Positions 1-13,493 of a stretch of 64,000 bases of DNA are shown here, one piece after another. The stretch spans positions 297,228,001-297,292,000 of the forward strand of contig OZ024740.1 in assembly GCA_964016885.1 (NCBI GenBank), in the 5' to 3' direction. Origin of the DNA: Eledone cirrhosa. Taxonomy: Eukaryota. The notes beneath the pieces are model-generated. The model was given only the letters and a program-made list of their open reading frames with translations, was not told where the DNA came from and did no database searches. Position 1 is the stretch's first letter. Each line of letters starts with the position of its first letter. The position numbers and the translations under genes were made by a program.

Positions 1-1821
1 AAGTCAAATTTCCCTCAAACAAGACACTGGTATTTTAAAGTAAAGAATTCAGTTGAGAGACACTTCAATTAATGAAAAATATTTCGGCTTATATTTTAAG
101 TACTCTTGGGTCCCAAATAATAGGGGTAGTTGGAATAAGCATGGAAGTTGGGGTTGGGGGTGAAAAGCGATAATTTTTCTAGGTTGTCTCCCTAGATTTT
201 TTAGAAACCAGAATTAGTCATTTAGTTTTCATATTGAGACGAACATACCTCCAGCGAAATTTTATTTTAAATAGTAACATTCCTACGATAATTAATTTTC
301 TAGAGACATAAAAAAAAACCATTATTACAATAAAATAAATAGGATGGGTTGGGGGTCTCAATATGTAAACTAAACAATTAATTCTGATTTAATCTCTCCT
401 ATTACTGGTGTGACTATTTATGCCTGCTGAGAAATAAGGTGTATTGAAAGACACAACGGGAAATATTATGTCGTTGAAAGACACAACGGGAAATAAAAGA
501 TCGTGTTCAATAATACAATGCCTCGTTGAGACCCAATCTCACAGTAGTGGTACCAAAAGCCTATTATTTTTAATTTTTTAACCTCACGTCTTTATGGAAA
601 GTGTGTGTTAAGTGTATGTGTGGCGAGAGAGGGAGTGAGAGAAACAGACAGATAAATATCTTTAGAGAAACAGACAGATAGATAGACAGACAGAACGTGA
701 GCGAACTAAAAGACTAATTACTTTTTTAAACTTCGGCCACGTTAAGCAAAAGGTGTGGTAGGAATGTGTATGCATAAGAGAGAGGGGGGGGGGAGAAGGA
801 AAGAAGGATGATAAAAAGATGGCAGCGGTGGTTGTCAGTTGGGATACATTTTTGTTTTTACTTTCGCATATGTATAGAATTTCTTTCAGGGATTTAATTT
901 GCTACATTCTACATTCTACAATTAAGTACCAGCATTATATTGATTTTAATTTAGGCACATATCTAGCAACATTCGGAGGAAGGACAAAGTTGATTAAATC
1001 AACCCCAGTAGTTGGCTGCTATTTCATTTTATCGACCCCAGAGAGTTGAAATGGAGAATCGGCCTCGGCGGCATTTGAACTCAGAATGTACAGGGTGGCC
1101 ACTGAAAAACCTTTTCGTTTTCAATCTTTTTTATTTTCTCTTTTTTTTGCATATTATAGACCACAGGTTCTCAACCCATTTAAGCCAAACGTCCCCTTTT
1201 GACCCTCGAAATCTCGAAACGCCCCCTCCCCCCTTACTTTTCCATTTTTCAATATACTACTGATTTTGATATCAGTAGATTACTGAAAAATTAACAATAT
1301 TGCAAAGATACCATTGCAGGCAACTGAGAGTATAAATACATTCCTTGAAAGGAAATATATAAATTAAAAAAAAAAGGAACATAAATGTTCTTTTTTATGA
1401 ATAAGGACCAGTTGAATTTGTTATATTCCCACCAGGTGTTACCAGCTATTTTGAACATTTATACAAGAGCAACTCTTATCTGGAAGAGTGCTCTTATCTG
1501 GAAGAAAATGGCAATTATATCATTTCAAAGCTTTCCAATTTTCTCTTTAATGAAACGGACAGAATAAATGTTGATATCTAATTTAATGTCCCCTCTGCTT
1601 TGTGATCTTAGAGACCAGGGAAGAGGGTTTTCATGACCACGCGGGAGGGTATATTTATTAGTAAATGGTAAAATATATAAAACAAGTAAGTGAATTGAAG
1701 TAGATGGTTTCCAGTTCAGTCAGACTGCAAGTAAAAATAAAAAAAAATTGTTAGTTTGCTTTGTAACAATAGCATATCCAAGTTTTCGGATAAATCAACT
1801 TACTTTAACTTTGACCTAATT

Positions 1822-2880
1822 TCAATGGGACCCTTGAACTTTATGGTGTCTAGCTAACTCTTTGATGTCAGGCTGGATTTTCGTAAGATGTAGCCGGAGA
1901 ACTCTACGTGTAATTACGTTGTAGCTGTTGCGAGCCTTACTGAACAGTCTGGAAACAGCACCAAACCTACTCTCGACTAAGTATGAGCTTGGAAAAGGCA
2001 GAGCAAATCTCTTAGCCTCCGCATGTCGGAGTGGAAATCGACGCTGAATTTCCTCTTGCATCCCAAAAAGGGGTTCACCTATTTTGGGAAATCTAATTTT
2101 GAAATTTAACTGAAATTTAACGTCCAAATCGTTGACATGAAGGGATGTTCAAATCGTTGACATTGCTACGAAGGGATCTGCTATCCACATTGGGATGTCC
2201 ATCGGCAAAAGGTCGACAAACCGTTCTCTCATGTTGTCTTGTAGCGCACGGAGGTGAGTGGTATAAATTTGGAGTTGGTCATCGCTTACAATGTTTTGAA
2301 CATTGGCGACACTAGGAAAATTATAGAATTCCTGTCAACAAAGATTCCTTTCGATGACATTCAATTTGGCCAGGAATGTTTTCACATCATTCCTTGCTTT
2401 AAGCAATGTGATCTTCTTCCCCTGCAAAGCCAAAATGACGCTATTGCCTTTGTCGACGATGTCGGTGAGGTAGGCGCAGTTTTGCCTCACATCGAGGGTT
2501 TTCTTGTACAGTTTTGTGTTGCGTCCTCGCAGAAACTCAATGATAGAGTCGAAGAGTTCAAAGAAGTGAGTACGGCACTTGCCTTTTGAAAGCCACCTCA
2601 CTTCATTATGAAGGAGCAACTTGACGAATTCTTCGTCATTATCTTGACACAGTTGCCGGAAAATTCGTTCATTGAGGGAATGCCGTTTGATAAAATTGAT
2701 GACATCAAGGGCCACCTGCAAGGACTTGCTCAGCGGCTTGCTGAGTTTCTTCACAGTCAAGTGTTGTCAATGAATGACACAATGAACAGCAAATACAGAT
2801 GGATTTTCTCTCTTCAGAAGAGTGACGAAGCCCTTATGTTGGCCAACCATTGCTTTGTGTCGTCCGTAGCACATGGTACA
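1822..2880 (-). pseudogene. Decayed Buster/ZBED5-SCAND3-like hAT transposase, C-terminal half
   Basis: HCVIH, LLLHNEVRWLSKG, FPSSYLVESRF and terminal QGSH motifs spread over frameshifted ORFs 2335-2760 and 1822-2127. Confidence 0.85.
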
Positions 2881-2882
2881 AT

Positions 2883-3288
2883 GTGTGTTGTATGTGGTCC
2901 TAGATGTATGTATTACCTGCCTGTGTGTTGTATGTAGTCCTAGATGTATGTATTACCTGCTTATGTGTTGTAGGTGGTCGTAGATGTTTGTATTACCTGA
3001 TTATGTGTTGTATGTGGTCCTAGATGTGCGTGCTACCTGATTATGTGTTGTATGAGGTCCTAGATGTATGTATTACCTGCTTGTGTGTTGTATGTGGTCC
3101 TAGATGTTTGTATTACCTGCTTGTGTGTTGTATGTGGTCCTAGATGTGTGTGCTACCTGATTATGTGTTGCATGTGGTCCTATATGTGTGTATTACCTGC
3201 TTATGTGTTGTATGTGGTCCTAGATGTGTGTATTATCTGATTATGAGTTGTATGTGGTCCTAGATGTATGTGCTACCCGCTTCTGTGT
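2883..3288. repeat. 40-bp minisatellite, ~10 units, inside the hAT
   Basis: Unit TGTGTTGTATGTGGTCCTAGATGTATGTATTACCTGCTTA repeated in tandem. Confidence 0.95.
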
Positions 3289-3977
3289 TTTTCTTTTCTT
3301 TTTTTATTTGTAATATTATTTATACAATAGGGAATAAAATAGATCTACATAGTGTTAACTCGTTACGGTTGAGTCAATAATTTCAGACTTGAAATACATT
3401 GTTATCTGTGAAGGAAAGACAAGATTCTAACTGGCTGCGCTTGAAGTGTCCTTGACCCAGTTGACTGCGTTTTTCAATTTTTACGATCTCAATTGCCGGT
3501 TAATGTCTAGACACGCCTGCACACCTGCTCACAGCTGCGGTCAGACCGTAGTTATGCTGTCTGCATGCTCATTCAAATGCATTCACACTGGCTGTCTCAA
3601 AGACATACAAATATGGCTTATAAAACTTACCAAAGTAAAGAGCCTCCCAACGTCCCTCTAGTGATCGCCCCAAAGCTCCAAACGCCCCCCTAACACCCTT
3701 TTGCTCCCAAACGCCCACCCGGGGGGGGGGGGGTGCATATACCTCCCGTTGAGAACCTTTGTTATAGACCATCCCTTGTTTTTCACACATAATATTGAAA
3801 AAAAATCCATTATTTATATTTCCAAATAAAATAATAAAAGAATTAAAATCCCATGAATTTTAAAAGCTATTTTTGTTTTATATCATTCAGCTTTTCAGTG
3901 GCCTCCCTATAGTAAGTTGCAACTAATGTATCTTGTCCGATTCCCTACCGATGTTGCCAAACAACCGCTCTACTGAT

Positions 3978-4165
3978 CAATAATTGTTTCTACTTTTGGC
4001 ACAAGGCCAGCAATTATCCCAGTACATTACTGGTACTTTATTTTATCGACCCCGTAAGGATGAAAGACAAAGTTAACCTCGGCGGGATTTGAACTCAGAC
4101 GGTAAAGGGACATAACTCTATGCTGGAAAGCATGGCGACCGACCCTCTACTGATACTGCCAATAT
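3978..4165 (-). mobile_element. tRNA-derived SINE (family 1)
   Basis: Reverse complement of the 41944-42125 copy: B-box GAGTTCAAATCCC, 3' TGGC-CTTGT-GCCA, AGTAGAAACAATTATT tail. Confidence 0.85.
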
Positions 4166-4361
4166 CACTAGTGTCGGCCCTTCCTGCTCTCCCTTTCTTT
4201 CAATGCTTGATTCTTTTTTCATTTTGTCATTTCCTTTATTTTTGCAGTTGCCCCTCCCCACCCCCCTACACAATACGTGTGCTAGTGTGTTGGACATATG
4301 ACCTTAAGATCATAGATTCGAATCCACAACCAGGTGGCGCGTTCTTATCAGATCGTATCAG

Positions 4362-4434
<73 letters not shown>

Positions 4435-4459
4435 ATATATATATATGTATGGGAGAGAT

Positions 4460-5335
<876 letters not shown>

Positions 5336-5337
<2 letters not shown>

Positions 5338-5640
5338 CAAGTTAATATAAATTAATATATGATAAACACGTAAGTGTTTGCATTGCAAAAGACGAAGTTA
5401 GCTAGAATGAAATAAACTAATTAAAATAAATATAGTTTGTCCGTCTCGATATAAATCGATAAAAACAAGCTCATATTGGCAAAAGCCGTGATTCCTGGAC
5501 AAATTTAAATTTCAAAGTCCAATGCAAACACTTACGTGTTTATCATATATTAATTTATATTAACTTGTATTTCACGGCTCAGAAATGCTTCTTTCTTTGA
5601 GCTAATTAATTGTAAATGACTGTTTGATTTTAAAACTCTA
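5336..5640. repeat. Inverted repeat (arms 5336-5385 and 5520-5569) with one-sided tail; probable truncated PLE insertion
   Basis: 50-bp perfect inverted arms; (TA)-rich tracts on both sides. Confidence 0.7.
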
Positions 5641-6126
5641 AATATAATATAATATATATATATATATTTATTAAAATAACAGATTAAAGTTTAAGCAAAG
5701 AATCGCTGCTTTCACCCTTAACGGGATCTTCTGAAACTAACAAAGTCAATCTGTAAACGCAGAACTGGATATTTCAAAAAGCGTTGCAACCGGAGGAAGA
5801 CAGGAAGACGATACTTTGGTTCGTGGTAACGTTCGCTGGCAAAGAACGGGAAAAAACGAATAATACGTCATTAATAGGAGCGGTGAAAAACAATTACGCG
5901 CAAAGACAAAACCACGTATATGGTATAAAAGAGGTCGTAGACTAATGTTCTCTTAGGTGGTGCATAGAGACGTTCTCTGGAAATGAACGAAAAAACGAAG
6001 AAAATAAGTCATATGTGGAGCGTGGAGGACAAAAGCACGCAAAGACAAAACCACGTAAATGGTATAGCAGAAGTCGTAGACCTTATCGAGCCCTCTTTGG
6101 ATTTTAGTCTTCAATTTTATTATTAT

Positions 6127-6252
<126 letters not shown>

Positions 6253-7556
6253 AAGTTAAACAAAAGTTAAATGATTAAAATTTAGCTTCGTTTATTACTG
6301 CTATATATATTTCAGTGACAGCCATCTTTGGCTGTGACCTCTTCAGGCAGTGTGAATTAGTATGTATAGACAAGTACAGATGTTGTTTAGGTGTATAATA
6401 TTGTCAATACTCTAATATGCCCAGTTCCTTGTTGGGTTGTTAATTCACTGAGGAACTGGAGTCATATGAATTCAAACAAACGAATTTCAGTGTCAAAGGT
6501 CCTCTTCTCCTCTCATTGGTCAGTTATTAGAACATTCCTCATTCTAAGTGTTGTTATTGTTGGAGTAAGCTTAAAAATTGATAAAATGGTAGAAGGGACA
6601 AGGTGTTAAAGGAACAAAATAACAAAAAAAGTGTCAAACTTCCCATTGGTCAGTCCTGAGAGCATTCCTCAGTCAGAAGTCTATAGAATTCTTTCTGGGG
6701 TGAGGCTCCCTGTAGTGTTTTTGCCTGCTATTGTTCAGTACGTTTGACCTCTACCATTATTTGGTAGTGTTGTTGGTGTAGTGGTCAGCTTATATCTCGC
6801 TGCTGCTAACAATTTAGAAGTATCCAGTTTGTGTTTTTTCTTCATCCTCCTGCCACCCTCGTAGTGGTGGTGGTGGTGGTGGGGTGTTCTTCCATGTATA
6901 TGAAGAAATATAAGGCAATAAATGAAGAAAACAGAAAATAAATAAATAATATAATAAAATAATTAATATAATTTGTATAATTTGAAAATAAATAAATAAA
7001 TAGAGAATAAAGAATAAAGAATAAAGAATAAATGAAAAATTGGTGAAAATGTAATGAAAATGAATATGGAGAAGTGAGAAATAATGTAGGATAAAGTGTG
7101 TGTGTGTGCTATAACCAATCTCAAGGTCAGAATATGTTGGATATATTGGTATGAGACAAGATGTTAAGATGAGATATTCAAACTAAATGTGTTTGTGTTA
7201 TAATCAATCTCAACTTAAAAATAAATATAAGGTGATACAGTGAAGAGGGCAGAAATCAAATAACAAATTAATAAAGAGAAATCAGGATTTAAGATTGGAA
7301 CTTGAAAATCAGAAATCTAGTAAATTAAAAGTGTTTGTGTTATAGATGTTGGCCAAATTATTATGGCTGTGTCCGATTCTGTCTCTAGGCTATCATGGTG
7401 TCTGCTCCGCCTGGGTTGTTCCTATGGCTTGAGGGGAGTTCACAACCTAGGGTGTTGTTATTGCCCATATAGCTTGAGGGAGGTCTGGCCGAGTGGTGTT
7501 TTCATGTTCTGTAGCAGTCCCTATAGCTTGATGGGAGTTCACATCTTCTTGTGTTG

Positions 7557-8460
7557 CTACTGTCCATATATCTTGAGAAAGGTCCCGGCTCTAAGGTGTC
7601 TGCATGTCCCGAAGAAGTCGGTTCTGAGGTTTATCAGGCCGCTTCCACCTCTTAGTATCTCGAGGGTCTCGTTCAGGCATAGTTTGCATATGCAAGATCC
7701 CCCTTTATCGGGTGGTACTTTCCTGATTATGTACCAGGCCAGAGAGTATGGGGTCCTGTCCAGCTTAAGCTTCCAGATCAGGTCGGAGAGAGCTGTGCTT
7801 TTCCTTTTGGCCTCCTTCTTGAATGAATGGCGATGGTTGTACCAGCGGTCCTTAAAGCTCGTTGATATGGCTCCTATGTAGAGGTGTTCGGAGTTGGGGG
7901 TTTTAACCCTACAACCGTACACTAGGTTCTTCTTGAGGCATTCATTACCAAGGGGGCATGATTCGGGGTTTCTGCAGTTGCAGAGGGTGGTCGGCCTCTG
8001 CGTGCCTAGATTAGGGTTCCCGTTATGTGTTACAAGTTGGTCTTCCCCAGGCTCGGTGGGGGGTCCTCGGGTCTGTTTGGGTTTCTTGGGTGGGCTCTGG
8101 GTCCCCCCTTCCCTCCTTTCACATGGTTCTGCTGAGTGTTTGTATTGCCATCTTCTGGTTGTGTGTGGTTTTTAAGCCTACTTCTGTTGATGCTAGCTAT
8201 GTGTTGGGCCAAATTTCTCGTGGTGGAATACGAAAGCTTCACAGTGTGTCTGTTGAAGATCCTGTGGTATCTGTGGTCCCTCGGGAAGCATTTGTCAAGT
8301 GCGCCAAAGAATAATCGGGCCAAGCTTTTCTTTAGGGCCGTTGAGTAGGGTGGGTTGTACCACGTGATTTGTCGGTGTCTCCTCCTATATGTGTGGGTCG
8401 GGGGCTTCGTTATTTGTTGGAGATTTGTTGGGTTGCTGGTGGTTTCCGCACTGTTGCTTC
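7557..8460 (-). pseudogene. PLE C-terminal linker plus GIY-YIG endonuclease (frameshifted)
   Basis: ORFs 8030-8323 and 7557-7922 (VYGC..LYIGAISTSFKDRWYNHRHSF) are homologous to 13120-13515. Confidence 0.85.
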
Positions 8461-9123
8461 CCCTTTGGGCTCTATGCTTTTTGTTATCTTATTTATTTTG
8501 TTATATTATTTATTTGTTATATTATTTATTTATTTTCTGTTTTCTTCATTTATTGCCTTATATTTCTTCATATACATGGAAGAACCCCGCCCTCCCCCCA
8601 CCACCACCAGCACTACGAAGGTGGCAGGAGGGATGACGAAAAAACACAAACTGGATACTTCTAAATTGTTAGCAGCAGCGAGATATAAGCTGACCACTAC
8701 ACCAACAACACTACCAAATAATGGTAGAGGTCAAACGTACTGAACAATAGCAGGCAAAAACACTACAGGGAGCCTCACCCAGAAAGAATTCTATATTCTG
8801 ACTGAGGAATGCTCTCAGGACTGACCAATGGGAAGTTTGACACTTTTTTTGTTATTTTGTTCCTTTAACACCTTGTCCCTTCTACCATTTTATCAATGTT
8901 TAAGCTAACTCCAACAATAACAACACTTAGAATGAGGAATGTTCTAATAACTGACCAATGAGAGGAGAAGAGGACATTTGACACTGAAATTCGTTTGTTT
9001 GAATTCATATGACTCCAGTTCCTCAGTGAATTAACAACCCAACAAGGAACTGGGCATAGCAGAGTATTGACAATATTATACACCTAAACAACATATGTAC
9101 TTGTCTATACCATACTAATTCAC

Positions 9124-9178
9124 ACTGCCTGAAGAGGTCACAGCCAAAGATGGCTGTCACTGAAATATATATAGCAGT
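9124..9178 (+). ncRNA. Minimal type I hammerhead ribozyme (mirror copy 6297-6351, minus strand)
   Basis: ACTGC-CTGAAGA-stem II (ACAGCCA/TGGCTGT)-GAAA-TATATA-TA-GCAGT; palindromic stem III; AATAAA immediately downstream. Confidence 0.85.
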
Positions 9179-9323
9179 AATAAACGAAGCTAAATTTTAA
9201 TCATTTGACTTTTATTTAACTTTATTTTACACTACTCCGGAGTAACCAACCCAACCTGCGCACTTCGGCGAGTGCTCAGCCTGTATATTGAGGTGTTGGT
9301 ATACAACCAACATAAACCCAAAA

Positions 9324-9449
<126 letters not shown>

Positions 9450-9496
9450 TATATATATATATATTTATATATATATGTATATATATATATATATAG

Positions 9497-10180
9497 TTTA
9501 ATAAATAAACAGAGTACAAAAAACAGAGCGGCAGTACAAATGATATTAGTATGAGTTTCAGCTTTGGGCTGGGGTGGGTGGGGTGTGTTTCGGGCATAAG
9601 CACTTCATGAGGAAAAAAGTGGGTGGGAAGAGAGTTCCGGGGGTGTGTGGAAGAGTGGTGGAAAGACATTTAAAAAAAAGGGGGGGGGGGCTTTAGATAG
9701 AGAGTAAAGGAAATTTTTTAAAAGTACAAATAAAAATAAAAATAAAAATAAAAATAAACAAGTGGTGAAAGGTTGGGCGGCGTGTAGGGGTGGTGGTGGG
9801 TGGAGGGGTGGAGAGGGGAGAAGGAGGCGGGGGTCCTAGCGGGAAGGCTGAAGGTGGTGTTTGTGTATGTGTGTAGGTGTACGTGTGTGTGTGTGTGTGT
9901 GTATGTGAATGTGAGAGTTGGGGGAAGAACGAGACTGTGGAGTCCGGAGGCTGAGTGTGTGTATGTGGGGATACGCACGTGTGTGTTTGTGTTTATATGT
10001 GGTGTGGATGTAGGTGGCGTGGTTCGAAAATAATGTAAGTGTTTGTTCGTGTGTATGTTCCTAAGGTATTTCCATGGACGGTATTTTGTTGTTCTAACAG
10101 CTTCCATATGCCGAGTTTTCTCATTTTCCTGAGATCCTAATACACTCGCGTCTCAAAACTCTATTGTCGAGTTAATTTGT
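9497..10180 (-). mobile_element. Probable PLE 3' fragment (endonuclease C-terminus plus CA-rich 3' UTR)
   Basis: Minus-strand frame IEF*DASVLGSQENEKTRHMEA resembles a GIY-YIG C-terminus; bounded by (TA)n. Confidence 0.35.
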
Positions 10181-10202
10181 TTTTATATATATATATATAT
10201 AT

Positions 10203-10258
10203 ATCGTTTCTGAATTTGTTTAGCAAGATTCTTTATCAACATGACCCTCCCAAAGTAT

Positions 10259-10265
<7 letters not shown>
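10203..10265. mobile_element. ~60-bp minimal PLE footprint of the 57-59 kb family
   Basis: TCGTTTCTGAATTTGTTTAGCAAGATTCTTTATC (=57089-57122) fused to AACATGACCCTCCCAAAGTATAACAAT (=59041-59067), inside (TA)n. Confidence 0.8.
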
Positions 10266-10328
<63 letters not shown>

Positions 10329-10359
10329 TATATATATATATGATATATATATAATAGGA

Positions 10360-11057
10360 TATACGTTCCTTCACGCACAAGGCGCCAAGGTACGCATGTA
10401 TTGTCCAACCGAATGCCAGTGTGGTTCAATGGCGGGTTAATAAATTAACGGGCCAGAACAAATATAAACAAGGTTTAGCAAATAATGAAAAAGTTTCAAA
10501 ATAAATTTTAAAAAATTGACTTTACCTACTATAGTTACCTTTACCGATCGGTTTCGAATCCCAAAAATAAAACGGAGACCATACGGCCTTCGTTGCAAAG
10601 AAAGATTCTCGTCAGAAGGTTCTTTTCATTCAAAGAATATAAAATTCCTGAATTTAAATCACAAACTAGCGCTATCAAAACTGTTCCTGGTACTACCTCC
10701 ACTAATGTTGAGAACAAATTTGGTCGTTCTGACTGCTGCTAGCAATAGCTGTGGCTAGTTTAACCTACCTCCTTTTGCCTCTATCTTTGCTTCGGCCCTT
10801 GATAAACCTGTTTCTACATCATCCACTCTCATCCCAGGAACAGTTTTTATAGCGCTAGTTTGTGATTTAAATTCAGGAATTTTATATTCTTTGAATGAAA
10901 AGAACCTTCTGACGAGAATCTTTCTTTGCAACGAAGGCCGTATGGTCTCCGTTTTATTTTTGGGATTCGAAACCGATCGGTAAAGGTAACTATAGTAGGT
11001 AAAGTCAATTTTTTAAAATTTATTTTGAAACTTTTTCATTATTTGCTAAACCTTGTT

Positions 11058-11061
<4 letters not shown>
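10360..11061. mobile_element. Head-to-head PLE pseudo-LTR hairpin (arms 10462-10690 and 10834-11061)
   Basis: ~230-bp near-perfect inverted arms, each carrying a hammerhead; left-side tail; (TA)n flanks. Confidence 0.85.
10904..10987 (+). ncRNA. Hammerhead ribozyme with extended stem II (mirror 10537-10620, minus strand)
   Basis: ACCTT-CTGACGA-GAATC...GATTC-GAAA-CCGATCGG-TA-AAGGT; nested hairpin AACG-AGGCC/GGTCT-CGTT in loop II. Confidence 0.9.
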
Positions 11062-11127
<66 letters not shown>

Positions 11128-11351
11128 TGATATATATATATATATATGATAAACTATATATATATGTTTGTGTCTATATTGTATCTGTATTATTTTTGAC
11201 CGTTGGTCAGTCAATGGCAACATTGAGGACCGAATAAATTAGATTACCGATATAAAAGACACAGAAGCGAAAAGAGAAAACCAACCAAACAGTGAGTGTG
11301 TTCTGTTATTAATTCTGGCAATATTACACAAATATGACCCTCCCCAAGTAT

Positions 11352-11422
<71 letters not shown>

Positions 11423-11467
11423 AAAATGAAGATCCGAAGGCAAGGTATAAATTTCCAATCATTGTAA

Positions 11468-11541
11468 TCACGACACATGTTTCAATAAGAGATAGATAGT
11501 TCATGAAGCCAAGATCGATTATCACTGATCCCGTCAGGTGA
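11468..11541 (-). ncRNA. Degenerate hammerhead in a PLE pseudo-LTR fragment
   Basis: Minus strand TCAC-CTGACGG-...-GAAA-CATGTG-TC-GTGA; one core mismatch (A9>G). Confidence 0.55.
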
Positions 11542-11578
11542 AAATGAATTGTCTTCAAATCCTTGATATGAGGGAGAA

Positions 11579-11652
11579 AATTAGCAATGTTCACTCACAG
11601 AGTTTATTCCCTCATATGAGGGAATAAACTCTGTGAGTGAACATCGCTAATT
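11579..11652. repeat. 74-bp near-perfect palindrome with no spacer
   Basis: AATTAGCAATGTTCACTCACAGAGTTTATTCCCTCAT|ATGAGGGAATAAACTCTGTGAGTGAACATCGCTAATT; one mismatch. Confidence 0.95.
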
Positions 11653-11978
11653 GAGAAAAACCACAGACCCTCCATCTCAACTCTACTTTTGAAAAGCAGA
11701 AGAACTGCGAAACCGGTAAAGGAACCAAATTAATATATATATATTTTTAAAAATAAGACTCCAGTTGCATTTTCGATTTCATCTTTTTTTCTTTATACTT
11801 TCACTCGTGTAGGACACCTCGGTTATTTTTCATTTCGTAAAAAAACCTCACTTTCTAATAATATATATATACATATATACTTGTATATATACACACACAC
11901 GCGCACACACACACGCACGCACACACTCACACGCACACACACACGCACGCACACACGCACACGCACACACACACACAT

Positions 11979-12022
<44 letters not shown>

Positions 12023-13493
12023 TAACGGACGAGATCCCCTCCTTGGGCGGTGGCTTATACCGGGATGATGCCCTACTAATGACCCGTGGACTCAATAACA
12101 GCCAACTGAATAGAATACACAAACGACTTAGGTACATCTTTAAGACCCAAGGTTTAGCAGTAGAAATTGAACCCAACATTATGACAGTTAACTTCTTAGA
12201 CGTCACCCTAGAATTAGACTCAGGCCTCTACCGTCCATACCACAAACCTAATGAAAATCTTAGATACGTCAATAGACACTCCAACCACCTTAAGAGCATA
12301 ATTAACTCTATAGTTAAAAGTGTCTCCAACAGAGTGTTCACAACGAAAACATCTTCAAGCAGCACGCGGAATACTATGACTCCGCACTTATAAACGCTGG
12401 TTATACTGAGAAGATTTCTTACATCAACCCTAATAGAACCGCAACACAGCTAAACATAGCAGGACCCTTAGAAACGAACTTAGAAGAAACCTCCACACAT
12501 AGGACACACAATAACCTTAGACGCCCCCTAGCCGGCAGCGCAGACAGCACCACACATAACTGTCTAGGAGATAAAGTCATACTCTCCAGCCCCAATAACA
12601 ACTCCGACTATCGCACACGTTTGCGTACCAATAGAGACAAGGAACATAACGCCAATAGAATACATGGAACCTATTTGAAACAGACGCCTGACCAAAACAC
12701 ACACAAACTCACTAAACAACGCATAAACCGAAGTAGACCTGTCACGTGGTATAACCCCCCCCACCTATTCTATACACGTCGCCACTAACATACCGGGAAC
12801 CTTTTTCAGGGCCCTCGAACAATCTTTTCCACACACACACAAATACTATAAGCTCTTCAATAAACACACAGTAAAATTCTCTTTCTCCACAGCACCAAAC
12901 CTAGGCCACACAATAGCACACAATAATAGGGCAAAAATACGAAAACACATGGTTTCCCCCCAACAAACCACCACCACAACCCAGATCGAAACAACACACA
13001 CACCACACCAACACTGCACGACACCAACCGCCAACGTTGCACCGCACCAGTTACTCCCAAATGCAACTGCAAAAAACGAGACGAATGCCCACTAAACGGG
13101 GAGTGCCTCGTTAAGAATATTGTTTACCGGTGCGATTGTCACTGCTGGCAATAAGGAGTACTCATATATAGGTGTGACATCCACTACGTTTAAAGAGCGC
13201 TGGTATAACCACAGAAGCTCCTTCAAACATAGATCGAAACGACCCCAAACAAAACTGGCCGATCTGATCTGGGACCTCAAGGACAGGAATATTGAACCCC
13301 GGATCTCGTGGTCAGTAAAAAGACGTGTGGCATACATCCCCAGTGACAGAAACCACTGCAGATTGTGCCTAGCTGAGGCGGCGGAAATAATTAAACTTGA
13401 TTCCGCCATAAACTATAGGTCGGACATAATTGTCAATTGTAGACACACTAGGATGCACACCTTTTCTGCACAAACTTTCGCGGGAAGACCACG

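Larger units (their letters stand above)
1162..3761 (-). mobile_element. Buster-family hAT DNA transposon, internally deleted
   Basis: TIRs CACAGGTTCTCAAC / GTTGAGAACCTTTG; perfect 8-bp TSD TTATAGAC (1154-1161 and 3762-3769) fitting the Buster nnnTAnnn pattern; transposase remnants inside. Confidence 0.92.
1091..3909. mobile_element. Tc1/mariner-type MITE (~220 bp once the nested hAT is removed)
   Basis: TIRs CAGGGTGGCCACTGAAAA (1091) and TTTTCAGTGGCCTCCCTA (to 3909); TA on both flanks (1089-1090, 3910-3911). Confidence 0.75.
1000..3970 (-). mobile_element. Old tRNA-derived SINE copy split by a MITE (halves ~1000-1090 and ~3910-3970)
   Basis: 1026-1088 (ttttatcgacccc...cctcggcggcatttgaactcagaa) and 3946-3969 (taccgatgttgccaaacaaccgc) match consecutive parts of intact SINE copies at 33845-34045 and 48655-48837. 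Confidence 0.6.

Noticed and set aside
2883-3288. CRISPR-like appearance of the 40-bp repeats
   Set aside because: Units are contiguous with no unique spacers, there are no cas genes, and the context is eukaryotic
5700-5740. Hammerhead-like motifs on the minus strand here and at ~47555-47603
   Set aside because: Core mutations and poor stem I; plausible decayed pLTR ribozymes but not callable
13060-13450. Selenoprotein-type Naiad (UGA at conserved Cys)
   Set aside because: Conserved Cys codons in both Naiad-like copies (here and 7600-7985) are TGC or TGT
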